DNA of 64,000 nt from Phycisphaerae bacterium (GTDB lineage: Bacteria > Planctomycetota > Phycisphaerae > Sedimentisphaerales > UBA12454). The translations under genes and the position numbers were made by a program. The stretch lies in NCBI GenBank assembly GCA_041652575.1, contig JBAZHC010000014.1, forward strand, positions 7,137 to 71,136, written 5' to 3'. Of this stretch, positions 56,776-64,000 are shown piece by piece. The notes below the pieces were generated by a model that did not search any database, was not told where the DNA came from, and was given only the letters and a program-made list of their open reading frames with translations. Numbering within the stretch: position 1 is the first letter of the stretch; the number at the start of each line of letters is the position of its first letter.

Positions 56776-57849
56776 TTATTTTTTTATGGGCTTAATGCAT
56801 GAAATGCTTTTGTCTTCCATGATATATATGCTCGAGTCGTATGTATTAACCGCAAAACTGGTTACGGAAGCGAAATTGATAGTATAAGTCTTTTTGGCCT
56901 GTTTATTGTCCATAACGGTACATATATTATTTTTGTCAAGGATATAAGCGGTATCGTTATCCTGTGCCAGTAAATCAAACCCGTCGGCTAAAAGCCATAA
57001 TTGTTTTCCGCTGTTCGCGTCGATTGCGTAAAGACCTTTGCCCTGTGCGTATTGATAGACAACTGTTTCAGTCGCTCTTGCGGAAGTCAGAAGTGCGGAA
57101 CCGGCATGGAATTCCCACATCTTCTCGCCGCTGCCGGCGCTAAGTTTATAAAGATTTGTGTCTTTGCCGCTTGCATAGAGCCAGTCGGAAATTCCGGTCA
57201 AAGGCGTCATAATCGCTCCAACCGCATCAAACTGCCATATACGTTTCGGTGTGGAAGTATCCATACATATTATATTACCGCCCTGGGTAGCGAAAAACAC
57301 GGAGCGGTCGGTTGCGAGAACACTTGTAATAACTGATTTGTTGTCAGCGCTTGCCTTGAAATTTTCGTGTTCGCCATTAGGGTCCAGAACATGCAGCACT
57401 TTATCCATACCGGCCAGATAAAAATGTGATGCGTTCACTGCCGCCGGCGCAGATACTGAAAACGACATTTTTTTTCTGTAAAGCTCGGCGCCTTGCTGCA
57501 GGCCAATCGCGACAAGATTATTTGCAGCGACTATATAGACGGTATTGTTGTAAACCGTCGGCTCTGAAACAGGCAGGTTCTTTATTGCGACAGGAATACC
57601 GAAATGCAGTTGGCCCGTGTTCCTGTCCAGACAGAACAAATAATTGCTGTCGGTTAAAATGTATAAATAATCGCCGATGACGGTTATTTTCTGAATCTTC
57701 TCTTTCGGATTCAGCGAGACGGCATTTTGCCAGACAGTTGCGAGCTTTGCCTGGCCAAGCAGTTGTTCACTTATAGCCGCGCCGGAGTTTGATGGCAGAA
57801 CTGTTAAAAAAACAAAAGTAAGCAGTACAGTTAAATAAAGATTTCTCAA
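56776..57849 (-). CDS. Secreted PQQ-like/BamB-like beta-propeller repeat protein
   Basis: Signal peptide, then repeated ~40-aa blocks with the W/Y...G pattern of PQQ-type propellers. Confidence 0.65.
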   Translation of the reverse strand: MRNLYLTVLLTFVFLTVLPSNSGAAISEQLLGQAKLATVWQNAVSLNPKEKIQKITVIGDYLYILTDSNYLFCLDRNTGQLHFGIPVAIKNLPVSEPTVYNNTVYIVAANNLVAIGLQQGAELYRKKMSFSVSAPAAVNASHFYLAGMDKVLHVLDPNGEHENFKASADNKSVITSVLATDRSVFFATQGGNIICMDTSTPKRIWQFDAVGAIMTPLTGISDWLYASGKDTNLYKLSAGSGEKMWEFHAGSALLTSARATETVVYQYAQGKGLYAIDANSGKQLWLLADGFDLLAQDNDTAYILDKNNICTVMDNKQAKKTYTINFASVTSFAVNTYDSSIYIMEDKSISCIKPIKK

Positions 57850-57886
57850 CGTCTTTCTCCATGAAAATTAGACAGCACCGGGACAA

Positions 57887-58186
57887 TTATTCTACGGAAT
57901 TAACATATTCACAAAGGTCTACGCCAAATCGCTTTTCAAACAGTTTCATCTGTTCGATTCTTTCTATGTCGTCGTTAATGCGGTTTGCCAGTTTAAATAT
58001 GTAAGGCTTGCCTTCCAGGCGGTTCTTCAAATCCTGATACATCGGTTCCCATTTACCGCCGTAAAGCTGACTTTTAAGAACTATCAGCATTTTATGTTCG
58101 GTCGAAAGACCCTTGACGAAATCCGCCACTGCGTTTTTACGTTTTTTCTCGTCAATTTTACCGGTTTTTTCGGTAATTTTAGCCAT
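57887..58186 (-). CDS. Hypothetical 99-aa protein
   Basis: I prefer ATG 58186, because the longer ORF overlaps the upstream gene. No family recognised. Confidence 0.4.
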   Translation of the reverse strand: MAKITEKTGKIDEKKRKNAVADFVKGLSTEHKMLIVLKSQLYGGKWEPMYQDLKNRLEGKPYIFKLANRINDDIERIEQMKLFEKRFGVDLCEYVNSVE

Positions 58187-58322
58187 AGCATTCTGCGTTT
58201 TCCGTTTATCGGTTGCGATGCTCGTTTCGTATATCGTCTTACGGTTGCGTCTGGTTTCCGACGCTATTACGATAAACGTAACCGATACGAGCGTCGTAAC
58301 CGAAACCGTTTCACGTAAAATT

Positions 58323-60092
58323 CTACATTCTCGCCTGGTCAAGAATCAGGTCTTTAACCCTTCTGCTCGGCAGGTTCAACGCTCCAAATGCCGTAGCAGC
58401 GGACGACCGCAGCTCCTGGTTAATTTCCCGTGATTCCACGATTTTATAAATCTGGTCTATCTGGCTGTCGAGCAGCAGGTTGGCGTTCACTTTTGCTGAT
58501 ATCGTCAGAGAATCAAAGCTCGAAATTCTTATCTCAATCGAATGTTCCTCTTTCAGTGCCGAATCAGCGATAGCCCTTTGTGCGTCTGGACTCGATATAT
58601 ATGCCAGTATCTGACAGGAAACGATTTTTATTTCATCTCGTGTATCTTCTGTCGCCTTTACGAGTGCATCCAGTGCGCCGGCCAGGTTGATCACAGTATT
58701 TCGTGTCTCAGCCAGTTTCAGCATTGCCTGGGCTGACCGAATCGCATAGTTATCAGCCGTTTCTTTCGGCCAGTTCGCGTCAGCCTGTGAGGTAATCGCT
58801 CCGACCAGACCATTAACGACCAGTTCGCTTTCAGCGAATTTCTCGGCCGGTTCCGCCATTGCCAGTGCTATCGCGGCACTGTACCTGACGGATCTGTCGT
58901 TGAAAGATAAGGCTTCGATGAGCGGCTGTGAAGTTTTCAGTCTGAACATAAGCGATTTCTCGCCGGCATTCTTGGCCAAAGCTTCGACTGTGCCAAGGGC
59001 TATAACACTGTCGTTGTCCTTTACCGCCCGCTCAAGAGCTTCGTGAAGATATTCCGGCCCTGCGGTTGTCGCATAAGTCATCGCATCGGCATGACCCTGG
59101 CCGAAATATTCAGGATATTCGATGCTCTTGCCATCCATCCGGAAAAATGATGCCAGCCATAACGAGATGGCTTTTCCAAAATCCTTATCGGCTCGCAATG
59201 ACCATTCGCAGAGGCGCATTGTCATAAGCTCATGAAAACATATCTTTTTTACTGCCTGACGTGTCAATCTGGCGTTCTGTTTGTCCCAGAACCATATATT
59301 TACACTGTTTCCTTCGTCAACAGGTGCAAGGGACTGGGCCTTGTAATAGTAATTTTCCGCTATTGCAAAGAACAGCTCTGCCGCGCTTTTACCGGCACTG
59401 GCAGAATCGATTTGATTTATAGACTCAACCGCGAGATTTCTAAGCTGTTCAGAATTATCGTTTTCGGCAATATACTTAAGATATCCGAGCGCCTCAGGAT
59501 ATCCGATTTTACCGAGAGCCTTTATAACTTCTCCTTTTACTACCACGCTGTCCATCGCCAGTGATGCCGTCAGAGGTCTTACAGCGGCCCTTCCCATTTC
59601 GGGCAGGGCAGTGGTAATATTGACAAATTCCTCTTTCCTCTGTTCGTCCGCCATCGCGTCGAGCATATATGGTATTGCGTATTCGCCGGCGTTGCGGAGT
59701 CTTTCTATAGCGGTGTATTTGCCGCGAACGGTACCGCTTAGCCTTTTGATTTCCTCTGTTATGATTTCAGGGTCGGTGCGGCGAATCATTCGGCCGCTTT
59801 CGATAATATCGAGAATCTTCGCCGCAAGGGGGGCAAGTTCGGGATTGTCTGCCTGAACACGCACAAGAATTGCATAGCCTCGCGGATTATCTTCGCTTAA
59901 CTGGAGCAGTTTTAGCGGGTCGGGATTGTTACTGTCAATAATCTTCTGTGCAAAACCCGCTGCAAGGTCGAATCGGCCTATTACCGTATAATGTAAAAAA
60001 TCATTCCAATCATCTTCGAGCGATTGACCCTTCACAATAAGCGGATTAAGTAAAATACATAGTCCAAAAAACACCAAAAAACTTTTACTCAT
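58323..60092 (-). CDS. Secreted HEAT/armadillo-like repeat protein
   Basis: I prefer ATG 60092, 7 nt after GGAGA. Signal peptide MSKSFLVFFGLCILLNPLIVKG. Repeated helical units with the ...AAIALA.../...A..AL..IG... pattern. Confidence 0.6.
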   Translation of the reverse strand: MSKSFLVFFGLCILLNPLIVKGQSLEDDWNDFLHYTVIGRFDLAAGFAQKIIDSNNPDPLKLLQLSEDNPRGYAILVRVQADNPELAPLAAKILDIIESGRMIRRTDPEIITEEIKRLSGTVRGKYTAIERLRNAGEYAIPYMLDAMADEQRKEEFVNITTALPEMGRAAVRPLTASLAMDSVVVKGEVIKALGKIGYPEALGYLKYIAENDNSEQLRNLAVESINQIDSASAGKSAAELFFAIAENYYYKAQSLAPVDEGNSVNIWFWDKQNARLTRQAVKKICFHELMTMRLCEWSLRADKDFGKAISLWLASFFRMDGKSIEYPEYFGQGHADAMTYATTAGPEYLHEALERAVKDNDSVIALGTVEALAKNAGEKSLMFRLKTSQPLIEALSFNDRSVRYSAAIALAMAEPAEKFAESELVVNGLVGAITSQADANWPKETADNYAIRSAQAMLKLAETRNTVINLAGALDALVKATEDTRDEIKIVSCQILAYISSPDAQRAIADSALKEEHSIEIRISSFDSLTISAKVNANLLLDSQIDQIYKIVESREINQELRSSAATAFGALNLPSRRVKDLILDQARM

Positions 60093-60318
60093 CTGTAAAT
60101 CTCCAAACCTATGCTGCACCTGCTCATAAGGCGCCAAAAACAAACAGACAATAAAGACCATTAAAGAACCATTTCTAATATAACCGATTATAAATTATAA
60201 GACTTAACTGTCAATAAAAAAGCCTCTTATACGGTAGTCATTTGGCTTTTTTTGTTGCACTATCTTGTCTTGTTTATTAGGATTAACGAGAATTTAACTT
60301 TGTGAGGAGTGACAAAGT

Positions 60319-61869
60319 TTGGGACTACTTGCTGTGACAGGATTGTTGTTTAGCCCGATCAAGGTGATATTCCTTGTTTTCTGGTTCTATTTATGTATGT
60401 ATTTGATTCAGCGCCTCGAGTTTAGCCCACTCATCAGCAACCGTTTGAAAGTATGGACAAACGTATTAATGCTGGTTGCAGCACCGGTTGTACTGCTCTT
60501 GGCCTTTGCCTGGGCTGTCTTTAAGAAAGTAGAGCAAACCGGGGCCACGATTTCTGAAGCGGCAGTTGCTACTTTTGGCCACGCCATACAGGCCATTAAG
60601 CGTACAAAAATTGCAGGTGCAAGGGGCAGTTCTTCAATCATACTTCTCGACCCTTCCGGCAAGAGTATTAATGAGGTTTACGGCAGCAAATCTGATGATA
60701 AAAATAATGATGCAAAACAGATAGTTGCCGTTGCCGAACGCCTGATAGGCGATGCTGTGAATATGCTGGCCAGTGATATACTTATCAACCCGGCCGAAAA
60801 TCTTGAATATGACATAAGATTCAGAATTGACGGCGTATTGAGTCCTTATAAGAAAATTGATTCCAGTGTCTGCGGTGCCGTGGTCAACAGCATAAAAGCG
60901 ATTTCGGGAATGGACATATCGGAAAAACGCCGGCCGCAGGACGGCGCTTTTGTCGCCAAGGTGCCTGACGGTACGGTATCATTTCGTGTCGCAAGCGCAG
61001 GCATATTGCACGGCGAAAAACTTTCTATAAGGGTATTGAACCAGAAGCTCGCGCCTCAGACTCTGCCTGAAATCGGAATGGATGAACATACCTGTCAGAT
61101 TGTAAGGAATGTTTTAGCCAAAGAGTCCGGAATGATACTTATTTGCGGTCCGACAGGCAGCGGCAAAAGCACTACGCTTTACGCGATGCTACGGGAGATA
61201 GATTTTTACACGAGAAATGTGATTACGATTGAGGACCCGGTCGAATATGTACTGGCAGGTGCAGGCCAGATTGAAGTAAACCCAAAAGCGGATATTACCT
61301 TCGCAAAAGCGCTTCGAAGCATATTAAGACAGGACCCGGATGTGATTTGCATCGGTGAAATTCGTGATGAGGAAACGGCGTCGATTGCCTTGAAGGCGTC
61401 TCAGACAGGCCATATGGTTTTGGCTACTTTGCACAGCAGCAGCAATAATGCTTCACTGGTACGTCTTCTTGACCTCGGTATCAGTCCTTTGCTGATGGCA
61501 TCAGGTCTTGACCTTGTAATTTCGCAGAGGCTTGTCAGGAAACTTTGTAATAACTGCAAAACAACCGCCAGGCTGAGTGACACACAAATAAAAACTTTGC
61601 AGCAGAGAGGTATCGATCCTTCCACAATATACGACCCGGTCGGCTGCGGCAAATGCAGCAATACCGGCTTTAAGGGAAGAATCGGAGTTTTTGACGTTAT
61701 GGTTATTAATAACGAAATCAAAAATAAGATTTCGATGGGCCAGATTACCGTTGCAAGCAGTATGAAAGATGACGAGCATATGAAATCCAACCTGCAGAAA
61801 CAGGCGATGAAACACGCTATGAACGGTATTGTATCTATCGATGAGGCTAAAAAAGTGACGTCTAATTAA
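60319..61869 (+). CDS. GspE/PilB-family secretion ATPase with N-terminal transmembrane segment(s)
   Basis: TTG start 9 nt after GAGGAG. Two hydrophobic helices in aa 1-70. Walker A GPTGSGKSTT, Walker B/Asp box DPDVICIGEIRD, His box GHMVLATLHS, CNNC...CGKC zinc motif. Confidence 0.85.
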   Translation: MGLLAVTGLLFSPIKVIFLVFWFYLCMYLIQRLEFSPLISNRLKVWTNVLMLVAAPVVLLLAFAWAVFKKVEQTGATISEAAVATFGHAIQAIKRTKIAGARGSSSIILLDPSGKSINEVYGSKSDDKNNDAKQIVAVAERLIGDAVNMLASDILINPAENLEYDIRFRIDGVLSPYKKIDSSVCGAVVNSIKAISGMDISEKRRPQDGAFVAKVPDGTVSFRVASAGILHGEKLSIRVLNQKLAPQTLPEIGMDEHTCQIVRNVLAKESGMILICGPTGSGKSTTLYAMLREIDFYTRNVITIEDPVEYVLAGAGQIEVNPKADITFAKALRSILRQDPDVICIGEIRDEETASIALKASQTGHMVLATLHSSSNNASLVRLLDLGISPLLMASGLDLVISQRLVRKLCNNCKTTARLSDTQIKTLQQRGIDPSTIYDPVGCGKCSNTGFKGRIGVFDVMVINNEIKNKISMGQITVASSMKDDEHMKSNLQKQAMKHAMNGIVSIDEAKKVTSN

Positions 61870-61877
61870 GGCTGAAT

Positions 61878-62045
61878 ATGACAGGAATAATTTCATTAAT
61901 AGTTGCGGCTTTGTTCGGGCTTTGGGGATATAAAAAACGGCTTTTCCCTGCCTGGTCATTTGCGTTTAACGTTATTATTGCTGTTTATCTCGGCGTTATG
62001 CTGACCCCGAATATCCTTGAATCGGCGGGGGGGCTGCTTGATTAG
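61878..62045 (+). pseudogene. CvpA-like membrane protein, N-terminal part ending at an in-frame TAG
   Basis: 55 codons (MTGIISLIVAALFGLWGYKKRLFPAWSFAFNVIIAVYLGVMLTP...) in the same frame as 62073-62555. TAG at 62043-62045. Confidence 0.4.
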
Positions 62046-62072
62046 CTCGGCTCGTACGCCAACGTTACGGCT

Positions 62073-62555
62073 ATGGTTGTATTGGCGGTTCTTTACTTTG
62101 TTATTGCCCAGTCTTTAAGTACCATTTACCTGACGGGCACTTATTGCATATCATTTCACAAAATGGTCGATAACGGAGGCGGAGTAATTTTAGGCTTTGC
62201 CGGCGGATTGCTAATCGCCAATTTCGTCCTTTTTTCCATAGCGGCATCGCCTTTGAAGGAGATTTCTTCAATTTCAAAATGCCTGCCGGCCGGTATGGAA
62301 AAATCATCCGGCAAACATGTTATCAATGCCTGCCGATTTGTTTCCGGTTGTTCATTACAATACGGCGATAAAAACATAGCGAAAGCTATTGAGATTATCA
62401 GCAGAACTGCATGTACAAATCAGCCACAGCCGAAAATAGTCGTACCGAAAATAGTTGCGCCGAAGCCTAAATTGCCTGATTCAAACCAGACATCGCCATC
62501 CATAAAGAAAACTATCATAAAAGATAATGATGCAATTTTTGAGTTGAAGAAATAA
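62073..62555 (+). CDS. CvpA-like membrane protein, C-terminal part
   Basis: VDNGGGVILGFAGGLLIANFVLFSI resembles the conserved CvpA Gly-rich TM motif. The reading frame is continuous with 61878-62045 except for one TAG. Confidence 0.5.
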   Translation: MVVLAVLYFVIAQSLSTIYLTGTYCISFHKMVDNGGGVILGFAGGLLIANFVLFSIAASPLKEISSISKCLPAGMEKSSGKHVINACRFVSGCSLQYGDKNIAKAIEIISRTACTNQPQPKIVVPKIVAPKPKLPDSNQTSPSIKKTIIKDNDAIFELKK

Positions 62556-62692
62556 ACATTAGGGCAGATTTAATCCTTTATCGATTTATAACCTGATTTT
62601 TCGCCCCCTATCGATAGTCCTATAATATATGTTATGTTTCATTCGCCTTTTTCTTAAAAAGGCTTCAGGTGCCATATAATAAGGTTATTTGG

Positions 62693-64000
62693 CTAAACGG
62701 GCCTTTGTGACGCTATATTGACCATATCGCCTATCAGGTTCCAGCAGGCATAGGCACGGTCGATAAGCCCCATGTTCTGGAGTGTTTCGTTTAATGCCGT
62801 GTAGGTTGATTCCGTATCGAACTCCTGGAGGTGTTCTTTTCGGCTCGTTTTCAAAGCGCTCATAAACGCGGCCCTGTTGCAATACAAAAGAGCTGTTTTG
62901 TAATGCAGGTCGATAAGCCGGCTGTTGGTTTTGTTTTCTGCGTTCAGATAGGTCAATGTCCTCGATTTGTCGCCGAGTTCTGTGCAGCAAAGAATCAGCC
63001 GTGTAAGGGCCCTGTAATTTGTTTCATTTCTCTGGACAACTTCAGTGAACTTTTCGGCAGCCTGTTTGTATTTCCTGTATTTCATTAAAATTGTGCCCAG
63101 GGCGTATCCGACCGAAAGATTCTCGGGATTTTCCGAATACTCTTTTTCAAAGGTCTCCAGTGCGATTCTGTCGGATTTTTGCTTGTCGAATTCCGTCCCG
63201 GTCGCGGCGCTCAATCTTAATCTCGCCGCTTCGGCGAATAATATACAGCTATTCTGCGCTATCGCGGCAGAGAGACTCAGTGTTGCGTATGCCGAGTCAT
63301 CGTCTCCAAGTTTTTTTTGTGCCTGCGCCAGTCCGACATACGCGTCGACGATTTCGTCGTTTATGGCAGCGGCCCTGTTAAAAAGTTCGGCGGCCATGGA
63401 CATATTCGAATTGATTACGTGCAAAGAACCGAGCTTTACATAAGCCGCCAGATAGTTTGGCTCCAGTCTTATGGCTTTTTCATAGTGAACAACCGCCTGC
63501 GCGAAATCTTCGGTTTGTTCGAAAATCTCGGCGAGCTGAACATTTAAATCCGCCGCCTCAGGCTGTTTTTCGAGAAGCTCGTTCAGATAATCTATCGCCT
63601 GATAGGGACCCTGCTCGTCTATAATTTCCTGGACTTTTTCTTCTTCCGCCGCGGAGCTGTTGAAATTATCGGGATGTATCAGAATTGCGTTATTGAACGC
63701 CTCTGTCGCGGATTCGTAATCGCCGGTTTGCATATACAAATGCCCCAGCAGCACGAGAGTTTCTATGTCATCGGGATATTCGCTTATTTGCCTTCGATAC
63801 TCCTGAATCGCCCTTTCGACCTGTCCGTTTTTATAATATATGGCGGCAAGTCTCAATCTCGGGAACTCAAGATAATTTTTGAACTTCAGGCAGTCCTGAT
63901 AAAACTCTATGGCTTCAGCTTCCTTATAAAGTCTTTCGTAACAGTGTCCGAGTGCGTACAGCGCGATTGTATTATTCGGCTGTTTGCAATAAATCGTTTG
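62693..64000 (-). CDS. TPR-repeat protein, 5'-truncated by window edge
   Basis: My hand translation upstream of the ORF-track TTG (63856) finds no stop up to nt 64000 (...YCKQPNNTIALYALGHCYERLYKEAEAIEFYQDCLKFKNYLEFPRLRLAAIYYKNGQ). TPR-like throughout. Confidence 0.7.
   Translation of the reverse strand, partial: QTIYCKQPNNTIALYALGHCYERLYKEAEAIEFYQDCLKFKNYLEFPRLRLAAIYYKNGQVERAIQEYRRQISEYPDDIETLVLLGHLYMQTGDYESATEAFNNAILIHPDNFNSSAAEEEKVQEIIDEQGPYQAIDYLNELLEKQPEAADLNVQLAEIFEQTEDFAQAVVHYEKAIRLEPNYLAAYVKLGSLHVINSNMSMAAELFNRAAAINDEIVDAYVGLAQAQKKLGDDDSAYATLSLSAAIAQNSCILFAEAARLRLSAATGTEFDKQKSDRIALETFEKEYSENPENLSVGYALGTILMKYRKYKQAAEKFTEVVQRNETNYRALTRLILCCTELGDKSRTLTYLNAENKTNSRLIDLHYKTALLYCNRAAFMSALKTSRKEHLQEFDTESTYTALNETLQNMGLIDRAYACWNLIGDMVNIASQRPV

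Noticed and set aside
62693-63856. ORF-track start (TTG at 63856) for the TPR protein.
   Set aside because: My hand translation of the same frame upstream shows no stop codon through nt 64000 and continues TPR-like sequence. The gene is therefore truncated by the window edge rather than starting at 63856.

Overview
This 64-kb window looks like a chromosomal segment of a PVC-group bacterium. That placement is my inference, probably Planctomycetota/Phycisphaerae-like, based on a DUF1559-type prepilin protein, multiple groEL copies, many GT-C/TPR glycosyltransferases and a distinctive intergenic repeat vocabulary. Most of the window is housekeeping. It holds a heat-shock supercluster (groEL'-groES-groEL-dnaJ-grpE), an ECF sigma/anti-sigma pair and clpX. 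It also holds a four-subunit 2-oxoacid:ferredoxin oxidoreductase, tRNA-Ala, a GH2 beta-mannosidase and an aminotransferase. Further along are envelope and glycosylation genes (GT-C, GT2, alr, LPS kinase, GT9), ileS, polA, an MFS transporter, xerC/D-like, galE and a ROK kinase. The right end carries tRNA-Thr, a LarA-like/PfkB/gnd sugar-acid cluster, purH and a GspE-like ATPase. The non-ordinary part is 26.7-33.6 kb. ileS is bracketed by dense, partly inverted repeat modules: a 36-nt perfect palindrome with a compensatory variant, two ~120-nt covarying structured elements, and short-period CAC/GTG arrays. Next to them lies an AT-rich islet encoding an FRG-domain protein of unknown function, an HUH/Y1 (IS200/RAYT-like) transposase-like gene with REP-like hairpins, and an HNH/AP2-type endonuclease. 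Secondary candidates:
- a minimal-nucleotidyltransferase two-gene cassette abutting tRNA-Thr
- a LarA-like (nickel-pincer type) enzyme clustered with a PfkB kinase and gnd
- a membrane-anchored GspE-type ATPase
- a CvpA-like gene split by an in-frame TAG
All calls rest on reading the ORF translations and the nucleotide sequence by eye. No database search, folding or statistics were run.
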